From contig CAVUDW010000002.1 of NCBI GenBank assembly GCA_963740355.1, positions 608,001 through 672,000 of the forward strand: a DNA stretch of 64,000 bases, given 5' to 3'. Below are positions 1 to 8,865 of the stretch, piece by piece. The stretch comes from an uncultured Gemmatimonadaceae bacterium (lineage in GTDB: Bacteria > Gemmatimonadota > Gemmatimonadetes > Gemmatimonadales > Gemmatimonadaceae). Position 1 is the stretch's first letter, and every line of letters begins with the position of its first letter. The notes below the pieces were generated by a model. That model saw only the letters and a list, made by a program, of their open reading frames with translations. It made no database searches and had not been told where the DNA came from. Position numbers and translations under genes: made by a program.

Positions 1-1020
1 GCGATTCGTGTGCATCGCGCGAATTCAGGGAAGGCGACGCGCCTCGTGTCGTTGGCTGAGGCACGCGCCAATCGGCTGCAGATCGACTGGGCGGCCAGTG
101 AGCCACCAGTGCCGCAGCGTCCGGGAGTGACGGTGTTCGACAGCTGGCCACTGGAGGACCTCGTGTCACGTATCGACTGGACACCGTTCTTCCAGACCTG
201 GGAACTGGCCGGGCACTATCCTGACATCCTGCAGGATCCCCTCGTCGGCGAGACGGCGCGAAACCTCTGGGCGGATGCGCAGGCGATGCTGGCCCAGATC
301 GTGTCGGAGCAGTGGCTCACGGCGCGAGCGGTGGTCGGGCTGTTCCCCGCCAACGCGGTGGGTGATGACATCGCCGTCTGGTCGACCGAGGCGGCGCGTG
401 GCAGTGAGCGCGCGGCCACGATCCACACCATCCGTCAGCAGATGCTGAAGGGCGACGGTCGTCCGAACATGGCCCTGTCGGACTTCGTGGCACCGGCCGA
501 TTCCGGGGTGCGCGATTGGGTCGGCGCCTTTGCCGTCACGACGGGGCATGGGATCGACGCGCGGGTGGCGGCGTTCGAGGCGGCGCACGACGACTACAAC
601 TCGATCCTGTTGAAGGCGTTGGCCGACCGGCTCGCCGAGGCGCTGGCGGAGCGACTGCACGAGACGGTGCGTCGGGACCACTGGGGATATGCACCGATGG
701 AGGCGCTCGATAATCACGCGCTGATCCACGAGGCGTACCAGGGAATCCGTCCCGCGCCGGGCTATCCCGCCTGCCCGGATCACACCGAGAAGCGGACCCT
801 GTTCCGGTTGCTCGACGTTCCCGCGCTGACCGGCATCACCCTGACCGAGAGCTGTGCAATGCTGCCCACGGCGAGTGTGTCCGGGTGGTACTTCTGGCGA
901 CCGGAGGCACGCTATTTCGGCACCGGCTTCATCGGCGAGGATCAGGTCGCCGACCTGGCCGACCGGAAGGGTATGGCGCAGGGCGAGATGGCGCGCTGGC
1001 TGGCCCCGATCCGGGGGTAG
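1..1020 (+). CDS. metH: B12-dependent methionine synthase, C-terminal activation domain (5' part lies outside the window)
   Basis: Motifs IDWTPFF, DYNSILLKALADRLAEA, GIRPAPGYPACPDHTEK and SVSGWYF; frame is open from base 1. Confidence 0.95.
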   Translation, partial: AIRVHRANSGKATRLVSLAEARANRLQIDWAASEPPVPQRPGVTVFDSWPLEDLVSRIDWTPFFQTWELAGHYPDILQDPLVGETARNLWADAQAMLAQIVSEQWLTARAVVGLFPANAVGDDIAVWSTEAARGSERAATIHTIRQQMLKGDGRPNMALSDFVAPADSGVRDWVGAFAVTTGHGIDARVAAFEAAHDDYNSILLKALADRLAEALAERLHETVRRDHWGYAPMEALDNHALIHEAYQGIRPAPGYPACPDHTEKRTLFRLLDVPALTGITLTESCAMLPTASVSGWYFWRPEARYFGTGFIGEDQVADLADRKGMAQGEMARWLAPIRG

Positions 1021-1131
1021 GCTGAGCCTGACCGGGAGGGACACGCGCTTCCCGGCAAGGGTCCGAGCAAGCGTGCGCGGGTGTGGTGGCGGTGCGCAGG
1101 TGCTACGGTCGTGGTCGCTGCGGTGTCGATC

Positions 1132-1149
1132 TGTGGCATGCACACCACG
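1132..1149 (+). promoter_or_regulatory. Candidate upstream activator site (18-bp motif) for PEP-CTERM gene 1
   Basis: TGTGGCATGCACACCACG; near-copies at 2340-2357 and 3466-3483 precede the two paralogues. Confidence 0.55.
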
Positions 1150-1276
1150 GTTGTCGTGCCGCCACACACAAACGGATGGGAGCCGAGCTCGGCCGGACAA
1201 TTGTTGATGTTCTCTAAGTTGTTGTCTTACATTGGCTTCGCGAGAGTGTGGTGGCATTGCTGCACTCGGAGAACTA

Positions 1277-1292
1277 CGGCACGACCCCTGCA
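1277..1292 (+). promoter_or_regulatory. Sigma-54 -24/-12 promoter
   Basis: CGGCACGACCCCTGCA = GG-N10-GC; the GC is 57 nt before the ATG at 1347. Confidence 0.75.
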
Positions 1293-1346
1293 CTTGATCG
1301 AGCCGTCCACGCTAGTACAGACAGCTCCATTCAGAGGATTAACCAG

Positions 1347-2219
1347 ATGCGTCGTATTTCCTTCGGTGTCGCCCTGGCGACTGCAGCGGTTGTTTCGCCG
1401 CTCAGCGCTCAGACGTGGCAGTCGATCGGTGCCCCCAACAACAGCGGTTCTGGGGCGTACTGGAACAATGTGTCCGACGACAATGTCGGTTCGGCCACGT
1501 GCAACAGCGGTGCAATCCTGACGAACACGCCAGGCCTCGCCGCCGGTTCATGCAGCAATCAGGGCCCGGTGTTCCTCCCGTTGAACCCGGCTCCGCTCAC
1601 CACCCAGAACGTGTTCCTCGGCGGCGCCGGCGGCACGAATCCGGGCGCCTTCCGCTTCGCGGCTGGCACGTACAACATCAGCTCGCTGGGTCGCGTCGCT
1701 GGTGATCAGAGCACGTCGTGGGGCATCATCCTCGACAACGGCACGGTCTTCACGGCCGCGCAGCTCGCCGCTGGAAACGCAGCTGGTGGTACGGTCGTCT
1801 CCGGCCCGTTCGCGGTCTGGATCACGCAGTCGCTGCCGCAGGCGGGCGCTGGCACGATCTACACGTCGACCCAGTCGACGGGCGCTGTCGCAATCGGCTC
1901 GCGTACGGCTTCGGTCAACCAGCAGTTCGCCGTCTTCACGAACGGCACTGGTGTGGGTAACCTCGGCGCGATCACGACCGATGCTTTCGGCGCGATCATC
2001 AACTCGTCGGGTGCAGGCGCTCGTTACTTCGTCGGCATGGAAGACAACGTCAACGGTGGTCGTGGCTTCGGTGCCGCAGCCCCGGGTCGTGCTTCCGATC
2101 GCGATTACAACGACATCCTGATCTCGATCCAGGCTGTTCCAGAGCCGGCCACGATCGGCCTGATGGGCTTCGGCCTGCTGGCGCTGGCTGGTGTCGCCCG
2201 CAAGCGTCGCAAGGCGTAA
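1347..2219 (+). CDS. PEP-CTERM surface protein 1 with DUF4114-like acidic motif
   Basis: GAGGA RBS; signal peptide MRRISFGVALATAAVVSPLSA-Q; FVGMED...SDRDYNDILISI; C-terminal VPEP, TM helix and RKRRKA. Confidence 0.93.
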   Translation: MRRISFGVALATAAVVSPLSAQTWQSIGAPNNSGSGAYWNNVSDDNVGSATCNSGAILTNTPGLAAGSCSNQGPVFLPLNPAPLTTQNVFLGGAGGTNPGAFRFAAGTYNISSLGRVAGDQSTSWGIILDNGTVFTAAQLAAGNAAGGTVVSGPFAVWITQSLPQAGAGTIYTSTQSTGAVAIGSRTASVNQQFAVFTNGTGVGNLGAITTDAFGAIINSSGAGARYFVGMEDNVNGGRGFGAAAPGRASDRDYNDILISIQAVPEPATIGLMGFGLLALAGVARKRRKA

Positions 2220-2240
2220 GCGATCGACCTTCCGGTCTTG

Positions 2241-2280
2241 AAAGAGGGGCGGCTGTCTTCGGACAGCCGCCCCTCTTTTT
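2241..2280 (+). terminator. Intrinsic, probably bidirectional, terminator
   Basis: AAAGAGGGGCGGCTGTC-TTCG-GACAGCCGCCCCTCTTT followed by further T. Confidence 0.9.
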
Positions 2281-2339
2281 GCGTGCCAGATGCGGCGTCG
2301 CCGGCGCATCTGTCCGACGATCCTTCATGAATCGAAGAG

Positions 2340-2357
2340 TGTGGCGTGCGCACCTCG
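2340..2357 (+). promoter_or_regulatory. Candidate upstream activator site for PEP-CTERM gene 2
   Basis: TGTGGCGTGCGCACCTCG, homologous to 1132-1149 and 3466-3483. Confidence 0.55.
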
Positions 2358-2413
2358 ATGTTTCAGCGATTGTCTCAGGGCCTACCCGCATACCATGAGC
2401 CCTCACCATCGTG

Positions 2414-2436
2414 AAGTCGTTACGCAGTAACGACTT
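2414..2436. promoter_or_regulatory. Perfect inverted repeat between UAS and sigma-54 promoter (possible IHF-like bending site)
   Basis: AAGTCGTTAC-GCA-GTAACGACTT. Confidence 0.4.
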
Positions 2437-2454
2437 ACCTCATTGAAAAGGCTT

Positions 2455-2470
2455 CGGTCCGGCTCATGCG
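2455..2470 (+). promoter_or_regulatory. Sigma-54 -24/-12 promoter
   Basis: CGGTCCGGCTCATGCG = GG-N10-GC; the GC is 60 nt before the ATG at 2528. Confidence 0.6.
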
Positions 2471-2527
2471 CTACAGGAAAGTGTGTCCGCATTCCTTGAA
2501 GTCGCAGTACAACCGAGGTAGTCCCGC

Positions 2528-3382
2528 ATGCGAGTACTCTCTGCAAGTGTTCTCCTGTTCGCCGCAACGGCAGCCGTTGCTCCCCTGCGTGCCCAGACGT
2601 GGCAGCCCATTGGTGTTCCTGACCGTACGGGAACGGGCGAATACTGGAACAACCCGTCTGACGATTCACAGAACGGTGCTGTCTGTCACATCGGTGCCGT
2701 GCTCACCAACGCACCAGCCGCTCCTGTTGGCTGCCTGAACCAGAACCCGACGTTCCTTCCGCTCACACCCGCACCGCTGACGACGACAGATGTCTTCCTC
2801 GGTGGTCCTGCCGGTGCTGAGCCTGGAGTTGGTGGGTTCCGCTTTGCTGCAGGCACGTACAACATCAGCGCGCTTGGTCGCGTCGCTGGAACGGCAACCA
2901 CGTCATGGGGCGTGATCCTCGACAACGGCACCGTGTTCACCGCCGCGCAGTTGTCGTCGGGCAATACGGTCATCGCCGGCCCGTTCGCAATCTGGATCTC
3001 GCAGGCGCTCCCGCAGGCCGGAGCAGGCACGATTTACACCTCTGACCGTCGCACTGGTGCGGTGGCCATCGGAAGCCGTGGTGCCACCATCAACCAGCAG
3101 TTCGCGGTGTTCACCCGCGGCGCTGGCGCTGCAGCGCTCAGCACGGATGCGTTCGGAACGATCATCAACAGCAGCAACCCGAACACCGCCTTCTATGTCG
3201 GTATGGAAGACAACGTGAACGCGGGCCGTGGCTTCGGCGTCGCAGGTGAAGGCCGCATCTCTGATCGCGATTACAACGACATCATCATCTCGATCCAGGC
3301 TGTTCCGGAGCCGGCAACGTTCGCACTCCTCGGCATGGGCCTGCTGGCCCTCGCTGGGATTGCAAAGCGTCGCAAGGCGTAA
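2528..3382 (+). CDS. PEP-CTERM surface protein 2 (paralogue)
   Basis: Signal peptide, QTWQ..G.YWNN, YVGMED...SDRDYNDII, VPEPATF, TM helix, KRRKA. Confidence 0.93.
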   Translation: MRVLSASVLLFAATAAVAPLRAQTWQPIGVPDRTGTGEYWNNPSDDSQNGAVCHIGAVLTNAPAAPVGCLNQNPTFLPLTPAPLTTTDVFLGGPAGAEPGVGGFRFAAGTYNISALGRVAGTATTSWGVILDNGTVFTAAQLSSGNTVIAGPFAIWISQALPQAGAGTIYTSDRRTGAVAIGSRGATINQQFAVFTRGAGAAALSTDAFGTIINSSNPNTAFYVGMEDNVNAGRGFGVAGEGRISDRDYNDIIISIQAVPEPATFALLGMGLLALAGIAKRRKA

Positions 3383-3406
3383 ACGCACTGCGCGTCGCTG
3401 GAAGTC

Positions 3407-3442
3407 AAGTGGGGCGGCGGTCTTCGGACCGCCGCCCCACTT
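3407..3442 (+). terminator. Terminator hairpin
   Basis: AAGTGGGGCGGCGGTC-TTCG-GACCGCCGCCCCACTT. Confidence 0.8.
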
Positions 3443-3465
3443 CTTGCTTGCCGACAGGGGAAATG

Positions 3466-3483
3466 TGTGGCGTTCGTACCGCG
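3466..3483 (+). promoter_or_regulatory. Candidate upstream activator site for PEP-CTERM gene 3
   Basis: TGTGGCGTTCGTACCGCG. Confidence 0.55.
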
Positions 3484-3603
3484 CATTCCACCGGATTGTC
3501 GCAGCTATGCCGAACACGACCGTGCATCGTAATGTTTCACAATGCGCATACGCTGTATGCACTCTCGAACGAATTTGATCAAGCGATCTTCGTCTCCTCT
3601 GAA

Positions 3604-3619
3604 CGGTACAGGCCATGCA
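3604..3619 (+). promoter_or_regulatory. Sigma-54 -24/-12 promoter
   Basis: CGGTACAGGCCATGCA = GG-N10-GC; the GC is 59 nt before the ATG at 3676. Confidence 0.7.
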
Positions 3620-3675
3620 CCCAATGAGACTGTCCGCGCTACCCGCAGTCTGAAGTGCCACAGAGGAAGTTCGAT

Positions 3676-4536
3676 ATGCGAAGTCTCTCCACCAGTCTGC
3701 TGCTTGCTGCAGCTGCAGTTGCCGCACCGCTTCACGCACAAACCTGGCAGGCCATTGGCGTGCCGAGCAACACAAACTCCGGGGCCTACTGGAACAACCA
3801 GTCGTACGGCTCGCCATCCGGGGTCGTCTGCAATGTCGGCGCTGTGTTGACGAACATGCCCGCAGCACCCACGACCTGCCCCAACCAGACGCCGTCTTTT
3901 GTACCGATCACGCCAACGCCGCTGACGACATCGAATGTCTTCCTCGGTGGCGCTGCTGGTACTGAGCCAGGCGCAGGCGGCTTTCGATTTGCCGCGGGCA
4001 CGTACAACATCTTTTCGCTCGGTCGCATCGAAGGCGCACCGAACACGCCGTGGGGCGTCATTCTCGACAATGGCACCGTGTTTACCGCAGCACAGCTCTC
4101 AAACGGCAACACCGTCCTGACCAGCAGCTTCTCGATCTGGATTGCGCAGGCGCTTCCCTTGGCGGGCGCCGGAACGATCTACACCTCTGATCGCCGCACC
4201 GGCGCACTGGCCATCGGTGCTCGTGGCGAGACGATCAATCAGCAGTTCGCAGTCTTCACGAATGCGACGGGTGTTGGCAGCCTCGGTGGGCTGTCGAGCG
4301 ACGTCTTCGGAACGGTCATCAATTCGACCGGTCAAGGCGCCAAGTATTATGTCGGCATGGAAGACATCGTCAATGGCGGCCGTGGATTCGGCGTTGCCGG
4401 CCCCGGCATCGTTTCGGATCGCGATTACCAGGATATCCTGATCTCGATCCAGGCCGTTCCGGAACCAGCTACCATCGCCTTGATGGGCTTCGGAATGCTG
4501 GCTCTTGGCGTCTTTGCCAAGCGTCGCAAGGCGTAA
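3676..4536 (+). CDS. PEP-CTERM surface protein 3 (paralogue)
   Basis: GAGGA RBS; signal peptide; YVGMED...SDRDYQDIL; VPEPATI, TM helix, KRRKA. Confidence 0.93.
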   Translation: MRSLSTSLLLAAAAVAAPLHAQTWQAIGVPSNTNSGAYWNNQSYGSPSGVVCNVGAVLTNMPAAPTTCPNQTPSFVPITPTPLTTSNVFLGGAAGTEPGAGGFRFAAGTYNIFSLGRIEGAPNTPWGVILDNGTVFTAAQLSNGNTVLTSSFSIWIAQALPLAGAGTIYTSDRRTGALAIGARGETINQQFAVFTNATGVGSLGGLSSDVFGTVINSTGQGAKYYVGMEDIVNGGRGFGVAGPGIVSDRDYQDILISIQAVPEPATIALMGFGMLALGVFAKRRKA

Positions 4537-4559
4537 ACGCACTGCGCATCGCTGGAAGT

Positions 4560-4597
4560 AAAGTGGGGCGGCCGTCAGCTGACGGCCGCCCCACTTT
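4560..4597. terminator. Bidirectional terminator between convergent genes
   Basis: AAAGTGGGGCGGCCGTC-AGCT-GACGGCCGCCCCACTTT. Confidence 0.8.
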
Positions 4598-4682
4598 GCC
4601 TATCATGCACTGTTGCCGATACGCTCGGCCCATCACGACGGCGCGTACAGGTGCTGCGGTATCACCCACCTACCGGCTCGGA

Positions 4683-5273
4683 TCAGATCGCGCTCACGAT
4701 GAAGCCCCCGACGAACTGAAGCAGGTAGTACAGGATCAACGGCGTGATGTCGAACGGGCCGAGGCTCGGTATCACGGAGCGCAGCGGAGCGAGCAGCGGC
4801 TCAGTGATCGTGTACGTCCACCGCAGCCAGCGCGCCCGGGCGAGGCCGCCGAACCACGACGACAGCACGCGGATCATCAATGCGATCTGCAGCACCGCGA
4901 ATGTGAGCTGTACCAGCGCGCGCAGTGCGCCGCGCGGGCCGCTCACCAGGCCCAGCGCGGTCGAGGCGAGGATGCCGATGATGTAGCCGAGCAGCGACTG
5001 GGCCAGAATGCCAAGCACGATGAACGCCGCCAGCCCCCACCAGGGGATCGTGGCCGGCGAGCCACCAGCGTTCAGCACCGGCGCTTCGACCGGCCGCAGG
5101 AATGGATCCACCTTCTCCCGTGCGAAGCGACCTAATGGCGTGAACGGGCTGATGCGTCGCGTGCGCGTCGCCCAACTCAGTGTGCACAGCGCTGCCACGA
5201 TGCAGGCCGCCACAAACAGGGCAGGCCGGCTGTAGTACGCGATGGTCGACAGAACACCGATGAGCAAATCCAT
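4683..5273 (-). CDS. yggT: YggT family membrane protein (two YGGT repeats)
   Basis: Hydrophobic; IRVLSSW...ITEPLLAPLRSVIPSLGPFDITPLI. Confidence 0.85.
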   Translation of the reverse strand: MDLLIGVLSTIAYYSRPALFVAACIVAALCTLSWATRTRRISPFTPLGRFAREKVDPFLRPVEAPVLNAGGSPATIPWWGLAAFIVLGILAQSLLGYIIGILASTALGLVSGPRGALRALVQLTFAVLQIALMIRVLSSWFGGLARARWLRWTYTITEPLLAPLRSVIPSLGPFDITPLILYYLLQFVGGFIVSAI

Positions 5274-5317
5274 ATCGTCAGTCAGAACAGGTCGAGGGAG
5301 AAAGCGTGCAGTCGTGA

Positions 5318-6934
5318 TCAGCGCCGCGGCCAGAAGCGTACTGCGTCGACGGCGCCGCGCAGCCGTAGCAGGAGGTTCGGTGCGTGCGCAGTTCGGGCGA
5401 CCGCATCGAGAAACGGCCCGTGATCAGGTGAACGCGTGAACCACCAGGGCTGAGGCATCCAGCCAATTCGATCACGAACGATGGTGCGTGCTTGTGTACA
5501 CTCGAGCAGCCCTTCCGCCCCGTGCGAACGGCCAGTCCCGCTGGCCTTCACGCCGCCGTGCGGCAGGTTGGGAATGCCCACGTTCACGACCACATCGTTC
5601 ACCAGCACGGTCCCAACTTCGAGACGAGCTGCCATCTTCGTCGCCTCTGCGGCGTCTGTCGTCCAGACGCTTGCGCTGAGGCCGAATTCGCTCGCGTTCG
5701 CCAACGCGACCGCCTCGTCGGCACTGCGCACGCGCGTCACGGCCATCAACGGACCGAACGCCTCCTCCGTCATGATGCGTGCGTCGAGTGGCACGTCGAC
5801 CAGCAAGGTCGGCGACACGAGAGCGTCCGGTTCGCCAACCGATTCAGCACGAACCGTCGAAACGAGGCGGGCTCCCTTCACAATCGCGTCATCACGCTGC
5901 GCCGCGAGCGCCACGGCCTGCTGCGGCCGGACGAGGGGGCCGACATGGCCTCCGTCAGGGCCGCCGACGTGCAAGTGCGCCATCTCTGCGGTGAGCGCCG
6001 CGACGAGTTGATCGTACGCCTCGTCCACGACGAAGATGCGCTTCGGGGCCACACAGGTCTGGCCGGCGGTAAAGAACCGACCCCAGACCAGGCCGCGAGC
6101 CGCCATCGGCATGTTGGCATCGGCGAGGACGATCGCGGCGTCGCTCCCACCCAACTCAAGGTTCACGGGGATCATCCGGCGACCGCAGGCCTCGGCGACC
6201 GCACGACCGCCACGCACGCTGCCGGTGAAGAACACCTTGTCCACGCCGGATTCAATGAGCGTGGCACCGGTCTCTCCGTCTCCCGGCAGCACCTGGCAGA
6301 TGTCTGGCGGCACCCCGGCACTGACGAGCAGCTCGGCCAGCAGTTCTGCCGTGGCGGTGCTGAATTCAGATGGCTTGAGCACGACGGCGTTTCCGGCCAG
6401 CAGCGCCGGCATGATCACACCGGCAGCGAGCATCAGCGGGTAGTTCCATGGACTGATGACCGCCACCACGCCGAAGGGCTCGCGGCGGATTTCGACCACC
6501 TTCCGAAGCATTGCCAGTGAGGCGCCCGTTTCGCGGCGAGGCCGCAACACCCGGGCACCATGGGTCAGGTAGTAGCGGGCCAGATCCAGGGTGACCAACA
6601 CGTCAGCGGCGAGCGCATCCGACTTCGACTTCCCGACCTCGCGCTCGATGAGCGCCGCCGCCTCGTGTCGCCGTGCAAACAGCGCGGCGCGGAATCGGCC
6701 GAGGACCGCAACCCGTGCTGCGAGCGGCTTTGCGGCCCAGGCGGGCTGCGCCGTTCTGGCGCGCGACACCGATTCCTGAACGAACTCGACAGTTGGATGC
6801 TCCCAGCGCCGCCAAGTCTCGCCCGTCCTCGGGTCACGCGACGCAACCGGTCGCCGAGCCAGCGCGGCAGTATCCATTCGGGCGGCGAGCTCGAGGTCAG
6901 TGGCCATTGGGGCAGTTTCGCGGGTCTGCGACAC
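5318..6934 (-). CDS. Aldehyde dehydrogenase family protein (start may be the ATG at 6907)
   Basis: ISPWNYP, LKPSE, FTGS, LELGG, GQTC (catalytic Cys), EEAFGP. Confidence 0.93.
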   Translation of the reverse strand: MSQTRETAPMATDLELAARMDTAALARRPVASRDPRTGETWRRWEHPTVEFVQESVSRARTAQPAWAAKPLAARVAVLGRFRAALFARRHEAAALIEREVGKSKSDALAADVLVTLDLARYYLTHGARVLRPRRETGASLAMLRKVVEIRREPFGVVAVISPWNYPLMLAAGVIMPALLAGNAVVLKPSEFSTATAELLAELLVSAGVPPDICQVLPGDGETGATLIESGVDKVFFTGSVRGGRAVAEACGRRMIPVNLELGGSDAAIVLADANMPMAARGLVWGRFFTAGQTCVAPKRIFVVDEAYDQLVAALTAEMAHLHVGGPDGGHVGPLVRPQQAVALAAQRDDAIVKGARLVSTVRAESVGEPDALVSPTLLVDVPLDARIMTEEAFGPLMAVTRVRSADEAVALANASEFGLSASVWTTDAAEATKMAARLEVGTVLVNDVVVNVGIPNLPHGGVKASGTGRSHGAEGLLECTQARTIVRDRIGWMPQPWWFTRSPDHGPFLDAVARTAHAPNLLLRLRGAVDAVRFWPRR

Positions 6935-7246
6935 GCAGACAATGCCGGCCGATCGGCTGACGACGGGACGCCTCGAGAGGCGCTTCGTCAGGTTGGCTTT
7001 CGTGATCCGCCGGACGCCGCCGGAGGACCAATCGGCAGCGCTGCGGCTGTTGCGTAATCCTATGTCTTGTCGTCACTTAGGCGATACCGTCGGGCGAGCC
7101 AGCGCCTCAAGGCGTGCTCAACGGAACTGTCGTGGCCGTCGGGGTAGGGGTGTGAGCGATTCCACTGCGGTGCGATTTTTCAAAGCTGTTCTGATGACTG
7201 CGGCGCGACGTCGCTCCCCGGATTCTTCACCCTTGAGGTTCTTCTC

Positions 7247-8155
7247 GTGACCGAAGCCGCACTCGGCGTCTCGCAGCGCCGAACCGCTGCCATCGACAAG
7301 ACGCTCTGGTTGCCGCTCGGCGCCGCGCTTCTGCTGTTCGTCGCACTCTACGCCAAGCCAGCGTACCTGCTGGTGCGGGACTGGACGAATTTCGACAATC
7401 CGGATTCGGGCACTGGTCTGTTGCTCGCGCCGCTCGCCTTCTGGTTCGCGTTCCAGACGGGCGTGAAGGAAGTGCGGAAGCCTGCGATCGCGCTCGCTGT
7501 CCTCTTTCTGCTGACATCGATCGGGCTGCGGTACGTCTCCGATCTGGCGGCCGAGTTGTTCACCATGCGAGTGTCGATGCTGATCGGCGCAGCGGGTGTC
7601 ATCCTCTGGTTCTTCGGCGTCAAGCAACTGCTGGCGTGGTGGCTGCCGTTCGTGTTGCTCGGCCTCGCCATTCCGTTACCGGAGCTCGTGATCGCCAAGT
7701 TGACCGCGCCATTGCAGCTGGTTGCCTCGCGCATCGGTGCGTCGCTGATCGAATGGCGCCATATCCCGGTCATGCTCAATGGCAACGTGATTCGCATTCC
7801 CGGGCACGACCTGTTCGTGGCCGAGGCGTGCAGCGGGCTGCGATCGCTGACCGCGCTGGTGAATCTCGGTGTGTTGCTGGGTGCGATGCTGCTGGCAAAG
7901 CCGTGGTCACGCGTCACGTTGCTGGTGCTGGCCGTGCCGATGGCGATCCTGATCAACGGTTTCCGCATCTTCCTGACGGCGTTCCTGGTGTTCTTCGTCA
8001 GTCCGGAAGCGGGGTCGGGTTTCATGCACACTACCGAAGGGTGGTTGATGTTCGTGATTGCATTCGCTTCGCTCGGCGCGGTTGCGTCGTTGCTGCTGTT
8101 CATCGAGGGGAAGCTGGCGCGTCGCGGCCAGGCGGAGAGTGAAGTCAATGGCTAA
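7247..8155 (+). CDS. Exosortase (EpsH family)
   Basis: Multi-TM; catalytic triad contexts VAEACSGLRS (Cys), NGFRI (Arg), FMHTTEGW (His); GAGG RBS. Confidence 0.95.
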   Translation: MTEAALGVSQRRTAAIDKTLWLPLGAALLLFVALYAKPAYLLVRDWTNFDNPDSGTGLLLAPLAFWFAFQTGVKEVRKPAIALAVLFLLTSIGLRYVSDLAAELFTMRVSMLIGAAGVILWFFGVKQLLAWWLPFVLLGLAIPLPELVIAKLTAPLQLVASRIGASLIEWRHIPVMLNGNVIRIPGHDLFVAEACSGLRSLTALVNLGVLLGAMLLAKPWSRVTLLVLAVPMAILINGFRIFLTAFLVFFVSPEAGSGFMHTTEGWLMFVIAFASLGAVASLLLFIEGKLARRGQAESEVNG

Positions 8156-8828
8156 TGTCTCGAGTTTCGTACCCGCCATCATTCTCGCCGCAGGCCTCGG
8201 CCTGCTCGGCCTGACGCACGAGCAGGAGCGCCCGAAGCCGCTGAAGCCGATTGCCGGCATCCTCGACTCCGTCGGTGGCTACACCCATTCGTCGATTGCG
8301 GTGGACACGAATTCGCAGCGTGTGGCCGGCATGGACGAATACGTGAATCGCGTGTATTCGAAGGACTCGGCGCAGGTGTTCAGCCTCTATGTCGGCTACT
8401 ACACCTATCAGACGCAGGGCAAGTCGATTCACTCGCCACGCAACTGCCTGCCGGGCGCAGGCTGGGAGCCAGTCGAGAGCGCCGTCTTGCCGATCGCATC
8501 CGCGCCAGGTATCGGGTCGCGCAACATGAACAAGTACGTGCTGGCGAACAACGGCAATTACGCCGCCGTGTACTACTGGTATCAGGGCCGTGGCCGGATC
8601 GAGAGCAATGAGTACACGGTGAAGGTGAACCTGATGCGTGACGCGGCCGTGTATGGTCGCACGGAGGAGGCGCTGGTTCGACTCGTCGTGCCCCTCGACA
8701 CGCGCACCAACCGGACGCAGGAGCACATTCGGGCCGAGATTCAGCGCGCGGATTCGCTGGCTACGTCGCTGGCGCCGCGTCTGTCGCAGGAAGTGGCGGC
8801 AGCGTTGCCGACCGCGCCGCAGGCGTGA
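8148..8828 (+). CDS. epsI: EpsI family exosortase-associated protein
   Basis: IHSPRNCLPGAGW, VYYWYQ, ALVRL; overlaps the exosortase stop codon. Confidence 0.9.
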   Translation: MANVSSFVPAIILAAGLGLLGLTHEQERPKPLKPIAGILDSVGGYTHSSIAVDTNSQRVAGMDEYVNRVYSKDSAQVFSLYVGYYTYQTQGKSIHSPRNCLPGAGWEPVESAVLPIASAPGIGSRNMNKYVLANNGNYAAVYYWYQGRGRIESNEYTVKVNLMRDAAVYGRTEEALVRLVVPLDTRTNRTQEHIRAEIQRADSLATSLAPRLSQEVAAALPTAPQA

Positions 8829-8865
8829 GCCTGCCGGACCGCCATCTGTTCCCGATCACCAGCAC

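Noticed and set aside
1021..1130. Cobalamin or SAM riboswitch near metH
   Set aside because: The region is downstream of metH and shows only a weak hairpin near 1032-1056, with no aptamer consensus.
1347..4536. PEP-CTERM triplet as a diversity-generating retroelement or silent-cassette antigenic variation system
   Set aside because: Differences involve all four bases and indels, no reverse transcriptase or recombinase is present, and every copy has its own promoter, RBS and terminator.
7122..7137. Sigma-54 box before the exosortase (CGGAACTGTCGTGGCC)
   Set aside because: It fits GG-N10-GC but lacks T before GC and has no clear UAS. It cannot be told from chance in GC-rich DNA.
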